NCBI GenBank assembly: GCA_963766735.1
Contig: CAVYBU010000007.1
Location: forward strand, 128,001-192,000
DNA length: 64,000 nt
Origin: an uncultured Chloroflexia bacterium
Lineage (GTDB): Bacteria; Chloroflexota; Limnocylindria; Limnocylindrales; CSP1-4
Direction of reading: 5' to 3'
The notes below the pieces were generated by a model. That model was not told where the DNA came from and did no database searches. It saw only the letters and a program-made list of their open reading frames with translations. Both the position numbers and the translations under genes were made by a program. The first letter of the stretch is position 1. Every line of letters starts with the position of its first letter. Shown here one piece after another: positions 38,039 to 46,317 of the stretch.

Positions 38039-39153
38039 CCGGAGCGTCCCCCGGACGCAGCCGCGGGTCGGCGGTTCCGCGCCCGGCGGACCCAGCCGCG
38101 CTCGACGAGGACCTCCGCGATCTCCACCGCGTTGGACGCAGCGCCCTTGCGCAGGTTGTCCGAGACCACCCAGAAGGCGAGGCCCCTGTTGTCCGGGACG
38201 GAGGGGTCCTGCCGCACCCGGCCGACGTACACCTCGTCAGAGCCCTCAGCCTCGGTCGCGAGTGGGTAGAGGTTGGCTGACGGGTCATCCTGGACGACCA
38301 CGCCCTTGATGGCCGCGAACAACTCGCGGGCTCGATCCGGCGTGATCGGGTCACGCGTCTCGACGTGGACCGCCTCCGAGTGGCTGACGAACACCGGCAC
38401 CCGCACGGCCGTGCAGGAGACGCGGAGCTCCGGCAGGTGCAGGATCTTGCGGCTCTCGGTGACGACCTTCCACTCCTCCTTCGTGTAGCCGTTGTCCAGG
38501 AACACGTCGATGTGCGGAAGGGCATTGAAGCCGATCAGGTGGGGGTAGACGGTCGCAGTCTTGGGGCGTCCCTCGGCGTGTGCCCGGACCTGCTCCTCGA
38601 GCTCCACGATCGCCTTCTGGCCGGTGCCGGCCACGGCCTGGTACGTGTCGACGACCATGCGCTCGATGCCCACCGCGTCCCGCAGCGCCATCAGCGGCGG
38701 CATCAGCTGCATGGTGGAGCAGTTCGGGTTGGCGATGATCCCCTCGTGCCACTCGAGGTCGTCCGGGTTCACCTGCGAGACGACCAGCGGAACGGCCGGG
38801 TCCATGCGCCACGCGCTGGAGTTGTCGATGACCGTCGTGCCCCGCTTCGCGGCCTCGGGCGCGAGCTCCTTCGAGGTGCCCCCACCGGCGCTGAACAGCG
38901 CGATATCGACGCCCTCGAACGCGTCGGGGGTGGCCAGCTCCACGGGGATCTCGCGACCGGCCACGGTCATCGTGGAGCCCGCGGATCGGGACGAGGCGAA
39001 GAGGCGGAGGTCGGTGTACGGAAGCCGCTTCTCGAGAAGGACCCGGATCATCGTCCGACCGACTGCGCCGGTCGCTCCAACGACGGCCACGGTGAGCGGT
39101 TCGGGTGAGGTTCCAGGCACGGTCCGACCTGCTAGCGGGTGATTGTCGGGCAC
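38035..39153 (-). CDS. asd: Aspartate-semialdehyde dehydrogenase
   Basis: GATGAVG, DNSSAWR, ANPNCST, RVPVFVSHSE, DNLRKGAASNA. Confidence 0.96.
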   Translation of the reverse strand: MPDNHPLAGRTVPGTSPEPLTVAVVGATGAVGRTMIRVLLEKRLPYTDLRLFASSRSAGSTMTVAGREIPVELATPDAFEGVDIALFSAGGGTSKELAPEAAKRGTTVIDNSSAWRMDPAVPLVVSQVNPDDLEWHEGIIANPNCSTMQLMPPLMALRDAVGIERMVVDTYQAVAGTGQKAIVELEEQVRAHAEGRPKTATVYPHLIGFNALPHIDVFLDNGYTKEEWKVVTESRKILHLPELRVSCTAVRVPVFVSHSEAVHVETRDPITPDRARELFAAIKGVVVQDDPSANLYPLATEAEGSDEVYVGRVRQDPSVPDNRGLAFWVVSDNLRKGAASNAVEIAEVLVERGWVRRARNRRPAAASGGRSG

Positions 39154-39259
39154 CGGCGGAGTATATCAGCGGGCCCCGGGCCAGCCGCCCTCGCCGGTAT
39201 CGAACGGCAGCGCCCACGCAGGGTCCGGGCGGCGGCGCCCAGACGAGATCCGAACGCAG

Positions 39260-39293
39260 AAGCGCCCCCGTGGCCGGAGCCTCGGGGGCGCTT
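39260..39293 (-). terminator. GC-rich hairpin downstream of pnp
   Basis: AAGCGCCCCCG...CGGGGGCGCTT 11-bp stem plus inner GGC/GCC. Confidence 0.6.
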
Positions 39294-39317
39294 GCTGAGC
39301 GCTTGTTGCTGCGACGA

Positions 39318-41903
39318 CTACTTGGCGAGGTGCCGCTGCATCGCCGCCTTGCGGGACAGGTTGACCCTTCCCTGGCGGTCGATCTCGGTGACCACAACCA
39401 TGACCTCGTCGCCAACCGACACGACGTCCTCGACGGACGGCACGTGGTAGTCGGCGAGCTCGCCGATCCGGATGAGGCCTTCCCTGCCCGGCAGGATCTC
39501 GACGAAGCACCCGAAGGTCATCAGGCGGGTGACCTTGCCCAGGTACAGGGCGCCGATCTCGACGTCGCGGGTCAGGCTCTCGATCCAGGTGATCGCCTTG
39601 CGCGAGTTCTCGCCGGAGACGGCCGCGATCTCCACGGTGCCGTCGTCCTCGACGTTGATGTTGGTGCCGGTCTCCTCCTGGATCTTGCGGATCATGGACC
39701 CACCCTTGCCGATGATCTCGCGGATCTTCTCGGGGTTGATCTTGATCGTGATGATCCGGGGGGCGAACTCGGACATCTCCTCGCGCGCCGAGGGCAGGAC
39801 CGAGGTCATCTTGTCGAGGATGAACAGACGGGCGGCGAGCGCCTGCTTGAGGCCCTCACGGATGACCCGCTCGTCGATGCCCTTGACCTTGATGTCCATC
39901 TGGAGGGCGGTGATGCCCTCCGTGGTCCCGGTGACCTTGAAGTCCATGTCGCCGATCGAATCCTCCTTGCCGAGGATGTCGGTCAGGACGACGAAGTTGC
40001 CCGTGTCGCCATCGAGGACGAGGCCCATCGCCGCACCGGCCACCGGCGCGGTGATCGGCACGCCCGCGTCCATCAGGGCGAGGGTCGAGCCGCAGGTTGA
40101 GGCCATCGATGTCGAGCCGTTGCCGGCCACGACCTCGGACACGAGGCGGATGACGTACGGGAACTCTTCCTGCGTCGGGAGCACCGGCAGGAGAGCCCGG
40201 GCGGCGAGGTTGCCGTGCCCGATGTCACGTCGCGACGGCCCGCGCATCGGCTTGTTCTCGCCGGTGCTGTAGGGCGGGAAGTTGTAGTGGTGGAGGTAGC
40301 GCTTGGACAGCTCGGGGCTGATCGTGTCGATCCGCTGGACGTCCGAGGACGGCCCTAGCGTGGCGACGGTCAGCGCCTGGGTCTGGCCACGCGTGAACAG
40401 GCCGGAGCCATGCGCACGCGGCAGGAGGCCAACCTCGACCGAGATCGGGCGGATCTCGTCGGTGGCGCGGCCGTCCATCCGGACGCCCTCGCGGAGGACG
40501 AGCTCGCGGACGGTCTTCTTCTGGACGAGACCGAACAGATTCTTGCTGAACCGCGCGTTGCGGCGGGCCGCCTCGAGCAGGCGAGCGGACTCGTCCTTGT
40601 CGGTGCGGGTGGCGCGAACGGCGGTGGCGATGCCGTCCTTGAGGGTCTCAATGCGGCCGGGAAGGTCGTTGCCGAACCAGATCAGCAGGTTGGCGGTCGC
40701 CTCGGCATCCGGCAGCGCGCGGTGGTTCTCGCTGAGCTCGACGCCGAAGAACTTGGCCAGGGTACCCAGCTTGTAGTTCTCGAGATCCGGGTAGCCCTCA
40801 CGGGCGATGACCAGCGTGTCGAGGTAGCTGCCGGCGGGCATCCGGGTTCCGTCGCCGAGGGCCTCCTCCAGGAAGGCGATGTCGAAGCCGACGGAGTGGC
40901 CCACGACCATCGCGCCGCCCACGAACTCGAGCGCCTTGCGCGCGGCCTCGGCCGGGCTCGGGGCTCCCTTGACGTCCTTGTCGGTGATGCCGTGCATCTG
41001 GTTGCCGACGATCGGCCGGCCGGGGTTCACCAGCGTGGACCAGCGGTCGGTGATCTTGCCGCCCTTGACGCGGACCGCGGCCACCTCGATGAGGTCGGCC
41101 ATCTTGGGATCCGTGCCGGTCGTCTCGACGTCCACGACAACGAACTCGCCGCCCGCCTTCGCCATGTCGGCGAACGTGAGCACGGAGTGTGTCAGGGGCT
41201 CGAGGTACGGGACGAGCTTGGGCTTGCCCACGAGCTCCCGGAGCTTCTCCTGGATCTCCACGAGCGGCAGCAGGGACCGCTGGGCGAACAGGATCGCCTC
41301 GGCCATCACGTCCTCGGGGAGGATCTTGACGCCCGCCTCGACCATCATGATCGCGTCACGGGTGCCGGACACGACAAGGTCGAGCTCGGACTCCTGGAGC
41401 TCTGTATAGGTCGGGTTGAGGACGAACTCGCCGCCGATCCGGCCGACGCGCACGGTGCCGACGGGACCCTGGAACGGGATCTCGCTGATCGACAGCGCGG
41501 CCGACGCCGCGATCGTGCCGAGGATGTCCGGGTCGTTCTCCTGGTCCGTCGAGAGGACGGTGATCACGACCTGGACGTCGTCCTTGTAGCCCTCGGGGAA
41601 CAGGGGGCGGATCGGGCGGTCCGTGAGCCGTGCGGCGAGCGTCGCGGCCTCCGACATCCGGCCTTCGCGCTTGATGAAGCCGCCGGGGATCTTGCCGGCC
41701 GCGTACATCCGCTCTTCGAACTCGACGGTGAGCGGGAAGAAGTCGAGACCGGGCCGCGGCTGGCTGCGGTTGGCCGTCCCGAGGACGAGTGTGTCGCCGT
41801 AGCGCAGGGTGACTGCGCCTCCGGCGAGGCCGGCGAGCTTGCCGGTTTCGAGCGTGAGAGTTCGACCGCCGAACTCGATCTCGAGCGTGGTGGGAGTGGG
41901 CAC
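39318..41903 (-). CDS. pnp: Polyribonucleotide nucleotidyltransferase with inserted DEDDh exonuclease domain
   Basis: DFFPLTV, AAGKIPGGFIKREG, DRPIRPLFP, HGSGLFTRGQTQ, GDMDFKVTGT, KH IIGKGG, S1 domain; follows rpsO. Confidence 0.97.
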   Translation of the reverse strand: MPTPTTLEIEFGGRTLTLETGKLAGLAGGAVTLRYGDTLVLGTANRSQPRPGLDFFPLTVEFEERMYAAGKIPGGFIKREGRMSEAATLAARLTDRPIRPLFPEGYKDDVQVVITVLSTDQENDPDILGTIAASAALSISEIPFQGPVGTVRVGRIGGEFVLNPTYTELQESELDLVVSGTRDAIMMVEAGVKILPEDVMAEAILFAQRSLLPLVEIQEKLRELVGKPKLVPYLEPLTHSVLTFADMAKAGGEFVVVDVETTGTDPKMADLIEVAAVRVKGGKITDRWSTLVNPGRPIVGNQMHGITDKDVKGAPSPAEAARKALEFVGGAMVVGHSVGFDIAFLEEALGDGTRMPAGSYLDTLVIAREGYPDLENYKLGTLAKFFGVELSENHRALPDAEATANLLIWFGNDLPGRIETLKDGIATAVRATRTDKDESARLLEAARRNARFSKNLFGLVQKKTVRELVLREGVRMDGRATDEIRPISVEVGLLPRAHGSGLFTRGQTQALTVATLGPSSDVQRIDTISPELSKRYLHHYNFPPYSTGENKPMRGPSRRDIGHGNLAARALLPVLPTQEEFPYVIRLVSEVVAGNGSTSMASTCGSTLALMDAGVPITAPVAGAAMGLVLDGDTGNFVVLTDILGKEDSIGDMDFKVTGTTEGITALQMDIKVKGIDERVIREGLKQALAARLFILDKMTSVLPSAREEMSEFAPRIITIKINPEKIREIIGKGGSMIRKIQEETGTNINVEDDGTVEIAAVSGENSRKAITWIESLTRDVEIGALYLGKVTRLMTFGCFVEILPGREGLIRIGELADYHVPSVEDVVSVGDEVMVVVTEIDRQGRVNLSRKAAMQRHLAK
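40674..41147 (-). other. DnaQ-like DEDDh 3'-5' exonuclease domain within pnp
   Basis: ExoI VVVDVETTG, LVNPGRPI..HGIT, ExoII VGHSVGFD, DTL, ExoIII HRALPDA. Confidence 0.92.
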
Positions 41904-41988
41904 GTGTGAACGACCTCCTTGGTCGTGAAGGCAGGTATCGACCTGGGGCGGGTGGATCGGGTGCGCCTGCAGCAGGGCCGGATGCTAA

Positions 41989-42013
41989 CGACCCCGGGAT
42001 GTTCCCGGGGTCG
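41989..42013 (-). terminator. Hairpin between rpsO and pnp (terminator or processing stem)
   Basis: CGACCCCGGGA-TGT-TCCCGGGGTCG, perfect 11-bp stem. Confidence 0.6.
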
Positions 42014-42027
42014 CGATGCGGCAGGTG

Positions 42028-42297
42028 CTAGCGGCGCAGACCGAGCGAGCCGATGACGGCCCGGTAGCGGGTGGCATCCTTCTTCACCAGGTAGGCGAGA
42101 AGGCGCCGACGCTGACCCACGAGCTTGAGGAGACCGCGGCGCGAATGGTTGTCCTTCGGGAAGCGGCGGAGGTGCTCCGTCAGGTCCCGGACCCGCTCCG
42201 TCAGGAGCGCGATCTGGACCTCGGGCGAGCCGGTGTCGCCGTCCTGGACGGCGTAGGCGGCAATGACCTCTTGCTTCTTCTCCCGCGCGAGCGGCAC
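42028..42297 (-). CDS. rpsO: 30S ribosomal protein S15
   Basis: [33 protein letters not shown]; GGAGG RBS and GTG. Confidence 0.97.
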   Translation of the reverse strand: MPLAREKKQEVIAAYAVQDGDTGSPEVQIALLTERVRDLTEHLRRFPKDNHSRRGLLKLVGQRRRLLAYLVKKDATRYRAVIGSLGLRR

Positions 42298-42421
42298 TCG
42301 ATCCTCCGACACGAACGATGGCGTGACTGATTCTTCCTGTCTTTGACCGGCGGAGGATATCAGGCGCGCCGCGAACGTACAAACGCGCCGAGCCCGCCCG
42401 GCGTGGTCCGGCCCTTCGCCG

Positions 42422-42850
42422 TCACTGACCGCCCTCGGTCGGGTCCCAGGATTGCGCGGCCCCGGCTCCCCACTCGAGCGTCACGAACTGGTTTGCATCG
42501 ACGCCGATCCATGGCCCGACCTCGCCGTCCGGCCAGGCAACGCGGACCTCGGCGCTCGAGGCCGGCCCCAGCCCGAAATGCACCCAGCCAAGCTGCCCGC
42601 CGATGTGGCCACCGCCGACCGTCAGCTCGCGGCGCAGCGTCAGGTCCCCGAGGCGAACCTCCAGCAGGGACCCGATCGCATCACGGTTGGGCCCCGGCTG
42701 GCTGATGCGGATGCCCAGCCAGCCTCCGATCGCGCCCGGAGCGGATGCCGTGCCATCGCCGACGCTCCGCCACAGGCGCACAGGCGCGTCGAGTCCGACC
42801 TCGACGAGGCCGAGCAGGCCATCGACGTTGAAGTCGGCGAGCGCCGCGCC
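42422..42850 (-). pseudogene. C-terminal remnant of a CRTAC1/ASPIC-UnbV family gene
   Basis: GAALADFNVDG, NRDAIGS, GGGHIGG...VHFGLG...VRVAWPDG; no proper start or N-terminal FG-GAP region. Confidence 0.7.
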
Positions 42851-42875
42851 GCGCCGGCGGTCGAGCCGATCCGAG

Positions 42876-43658
42876 TCAGGCCCTTCCGGGAAATGCCACC
42901 CTGACCCACGGCGCGGGCGTCGTGCCAACCAGTCGCACGGAGCCGTTCTCGATGATCGCCACGTCAGGCGAGCCTGCATGCACAGGTCCAACCTCGACCG
43001 GGTACGTGCCACTCGGCGGCAACGCGACCGGCAGCGGGAACCGCAGCAGCGCACCGGGTCCGGATGCCGGGTCGACGGCCTGGCCGACCACGCAGTGAGC
43101 TCGACCAAGGAGATGCGCCGCCAGCGCGACGTCGCCCGCGGCGATCGCCGTCCGGACCTCGCTGCTGCGCACCGGGTGTCCGTCGAGCTCGAACGGCGGA
43201 ACCACGACCACCTCGAACCCCAGCTCTGCTCCGAGCGGCGCAAGCGCCTCCGGAGTGCCTTCGCGCCTGTACCCGAATGCGGCGTCGGGCGTCATGAGGA
43301 ACCCGGCGACAGGCGCCCGGTCGGCGATCAGCGCGACAAACGCGTCGTACGTGGTTTGCCTCAGGAGCTGGTCAAAGTGGACGACGACGGTGGTGTCGAC
43401 GACGGCGGCGGCGAGACGCTCCAGCCGTTCGTCCGGGTCGCACAGGAGAGGCGGAGCAGTACCGGTGATGATCTCGTCGGGGTGGTGGTCGAAGGTGATG
43501 ACGACGGGGCGCGCATTGCGACGCGCCGCCTCGGCGACAAGGTGCTCCAGGAGGTATGCGTGTCCCAGGTGCAGTCCGTCGAACACCCCCACCACGACGA
43601 AGATCGGCTCCGTCGATCGCGGCATGTGCTCCAGGCCCCGGGCAACGTGCATCGTCAC
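42876..43658 (-). CDS. ribF: FAD synthetase (RibF N-terminal FMN adenylyltransferase) with degenerate C-terminal domain
   Basis: GVFDGLHLGH, TFDHHP, FGY, VRSSEVR, LLGR; follows truB; lacks the GFPTAN kinase motif. Confidence 0.85.
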   Translation of the reverse strand: MTMHVARGLEHMPRSTEPIFVVVGVFDGLHLGHAYLLEHLVAEAARRNARPVVITFDHHPDEIITGTAPPLLCDPDERLERLAAAVVDTTVVVHFDQLLRQTTYDAFVALIADRAPVAGFLMTPDAAFGYRREGTPEALAPLGAELGFEVVVVPPFELDGHPVRSSEVRTAIAAGDVALAAHLLGRAHCVVGQAVDPASGPGALLRFPLPVALPPSGTYPVEVGPVHAGSPDVAIIENGSVRLVGTTPAPWVRVAFPGRA

Positions 43659-44674
43659 TCGGTCTCGGGCTTGCTCAGCGGAGGATCGCCGGCTACCCCC
43701 TGCGGTTCCGGTGTCCGGCGGACCGGGCGGCCACCCTCGGCCGGCCGCTCGGCCAGCACCTTGTGCGGGTGGAGCGCTCCCGCAACTGCCCGGCAGACAG
43801 CGACCACGCGCCCGTCCGGGCCGACTGCCAGTGCGAGTGGTGCGTCGCGGAGCACGAGGGGCGTCTTCGGGGCGGTGATCAGGCCTTCTCCGAGACGCCG
43901 GATCTCGTCGTCGGTGACCGGCGCGTGCGGGAGGTCCTCGAGGCCCGCGTCGATCGGGAGCAGGGCCCGGGTGATCCCGGCCGGACCATCGGCCGCGTGC
44001 TCACGCAGCGTGTCGAACGAGACGGCGTCCTCGAGGCGGAACCCCCCGGAGGACGTGCGCACGAGCGCGCCCAGGTAGGCGCCGGTCTCCAGGCGCGCGC
44101 CCAGGTCCCGGGCGAGCGCCCTGACGTAGGTCCCGGCAGAGCATGAGACGTCGACGATCGCCATCGGGCGCGCGGGATCCGCCTCGTCCCATTCGAGGAG
44201 CGTCAGCGCATGGATGGTCACGTCCCTGGGCGCCAGCTCGACCGCCTCCCCTGCCCGGGCCATCTGGTACGCGCGGCGACCCTGGATCTGCACCGCGCTG
44301 TAGACCGGCGGCACCTGGCGGAGAGGTCCGGTCATTCCGGCCAGCCCGGCCTCCACCTCGGCGCGGGTCACGGGCGGACCCGCGATGGGCGTCCGTTCGC
44401 CATCGAGATCGTCGGTCGTCGAGGTCTCACCGAAGCAGATCGTCGCGCGGTAGCCCTTGGACGCCCCCAGGTGATACTCGACCAGCCGCGTCGCTCGACC
44501 GAGAAACACGGGCAGCACGCCCGCGGCAAATGGGTCCAGGGTTCCGCCGTGGCCCACGCGGCGCGTGGAGGACAGGCGCCGGACGAGCGCCACGACGTCG
44601 TGCGAGGTGGGGCCGGAGGGCTTGGCGACGACGAGGACGCCATCGAGCCCACCACTCCTGTCGCGCGGGCTCAT
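43655..44674 (-). CDS. truB: tRNA pseudouridine(55) synthase
   Basis: KPSGPTSHD, VGHGGTLDP, QVPPVYSA, CSAGTYVRALARD. Confidence 0.96.
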   Translation of the reverse strand: MSPRDRSGGLDGVLVVAKPSGPTSHDVVALVRRLSSTRRVGHGGTLDPFAAGVLPVFLGRATRLVEYHLGASKGYRATICFGETSTTDDLDGERTPIAGPPVTRAEVEAGLAGMTGPLRQVPPVYSAVQIQGRRAYQMARAGEAVELAPRDVTIHALTLLEWDEADPARPMAIVDVSCSAGTYVRALARDLGARLETGAYLGALVRTSSGGFRLEDAVSFDTLREHAADGPAGITRALLPIDAGLEDLPHAPVTDDEIRRLGEGLITAPKTPLVLRDAPLALAVGPDGRVVAVCRAVAGALHPHKVLAERPAEGGRPVRRTPEPQGVAGDPPLSKPETE

Positions 44675-45702
44675 CGTCTGACCTCGCCGGCCAGCCGGTC
44701 CGCGACCTCGCCAACCCGGACGATGGCCGCCTGGAGCGGCAGCCCGACCGTCGCGCCTGCAGCCCTCGCGTGTCCTCCGCCGCCAAACGTGCCCGTCAGC
44801 ACCGTAGCGTCCACACCGCCCGGTTTCGTACGGACCGAGAGGCGGGTCGTCCCGTCACCTTCCTCCTTGAACAACATCGCGACCTCGGCGGTCTCGGCCT
44901 GCGCCAGCAGGTCGATGATCCCCTCCGAGTGAGCGGGGATCGCATCGGTCGCCTCGAGGTCCCCGAGCCGGAGCGTGGACCAGATGACCAGCCCGTCCGG
45001 GGAGGTCTCCAGGCGGTCCAGGACGCGCCCGAAGAGCCGGAGCTGCGTGTCCGGCTTCGTCCGGTAGAGCAGGCGCGAGATGTCCGAGAGCGGCGCGCCC
45101 GCCTCGACCAGCGCCGCGGAGACCGCGAGGGTGCGCGGCGTTGCATTCGGATGCGCGAACGTGGCGGTGTCCATGACCACACCGGCCATGAGGCCCGCGG
45201 CCAGGGCCCCGTCCCCCAGGTCCAGGGGCAGGCCGAGACGGACAGCCAGCAGCGCCACCATCTCGCAGGTGGCGGCGGCCTCCGGGTCGATCCAGTCGGA
45301 CGGGCCCACTCCCCCATTCGACGCGTGGTGGTCCACGCTCAGCCGGGGGACGCCAGAGAAGATCGCGGGGTGCCGGGCTGCGACCGCACCGACGCGCTCC
45401 GCGCTCGCGCAGTCGGCCAGGACCAGCAGGTCGTACGCCTCGTCCGGGTCAGGATCGGTGCGGAACCGGTCGATGCCCGGCAGGAACGCGTATAGCGGCG
45501 GAACGGGATCCGTGCTGATCGCCGTCGCCCGGCCACCGAGCGCCTCCACGAGCAGGCAGATACCCAGAACGCCGCCCAGGGTGTCTGCGTCGGGGTTCTC
45601 ATGGCTGACCGCAAGAACGTGACGCGCCCCGCGCAGGCGCAGCACGAGCTCGTCGGGGACGGCCGCGAGGGCAAGCCCGGCCAGATCCACCGTGGCCGTC
45701 AT
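44671..45702 (-). CDS. nrnA: DHH/DHHA1 phosphoesterase (NrnA, nanoRNase/pAp phosphatase)
   Basis: HENPDAD, VDHH, DTATF, GGGGHARAAG. Confidence 0.9.
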   Translation of the reverse strand: MTATVDLAGLALAAVPDELVLRLRGARHVLAVSHENPDADTLGGVLGICLLVEALGGRATAISTDPVPPLYAFLPGIDRFRTDPDPDEAYDLLVLADCASAERVGAVAARHPAIFSGVPRLSVDHHASNGGVGPSDWIDPEAAATCEMVALLAVRLGLPLDLGDGALAAGLMAGVVMDTATFAHPNATPRTLAVSAALVEAGAPLSDISRLLYRTKPDTQLRLFGRVLDRLETSPDGLVIWSTLRLGDLEATDAIPAHSEGIIDLLAQAETAEVAMLFKEEGDGTTRLSVRTKPGGVDATVLTGTFGGGGHARAAGATVGLPLQAAIVRVGEVADRLAGEVRR

Positions 45703-46295
45703 CCGCGACGGGTCCCGGGGCGTCGTCCGGTGCCGCGAGGCGCCCCGCCTCCGGGTGTCCGGTCCACGCCCTGGCCGCGACCCTTCGGTCGCCGCTGCGA
45801 TCGGACCTTCGCGGCCGGCATCGCCGGGATCACCAGATCGGCGGCGCCATCCACGGCCTCGGCTTGCGGCGGATCCTCGGCATCTCCTTCGTGCGGGAGA
45901 CGCTTGACCGGCGTCGGGAGGGACTCGTTGAACGGCGTGACCTCCAGGGGGTCAACGCCGGCCTCGAGCTCCCCGAGCAGGTGGAGCAGCCGGGTTCCGC
46001 GCTCCGCGGAGTCGTCGAGATGGATGTGAAGTGCAGGGATCCGCTTGATCCGGAGGCTCTTGCCCAGCTCGTGGCGGACGAAGCCCATCGATGCCTGGAG
46101 GGCACGAACGGTCTCGATGCGATCGGACTTGCCGCCGATCACGCTGACCCAGACCTTCGCGTGGCGAAGATCCGGCGAGGTCTCGACGTCGGTGATCGTG
46201 GTGAACCCGATCCGCGGGTCGGCGAGCTCCTTGGCGAGGAGCGCGCCGATCTCCTGGCGGAGCAGCTCGTCGACCCGGTCGGTGCGCTGGCTCAT
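45699..46295 (-). CDS. rbfA: Ribosome-binding factor A with C-terminal extension
   Basis: RTDRV, DPRIG, SPDLRHAKV, KRIPALH..D.S. Confidence 0.95.
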   Translation of the reverse strand: MSQRTDRVDELLRQEIGALLAKELADPRIGFTTITDVETSPDLRHAKVWVSVIGGKSDRIETVRALQASMGFVRHELGKSLRIKRIPALHIHLDDSAERGTRLLHLLGELEAGVDPLEVTPFNESLPTPVKRLPHEGDAEDPPQAEAVDGAADLVIPAMPAAKVRSQRRPKGRGQGVDRTPGGGAPRGTGRRPGTRRG

Positions 46296-46317
46296 GACAT
46301 CCGTCGAACGGGGAGCG

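Noticed and set aside
40674-41147. Insert in pnp considered as an intein or mobile element
   Set aside because: No Cys/Ser start with His-Asn end, no homing-endonuclease motif and no flanking repeats; the motifs are those of a DEDDh exonuclease.
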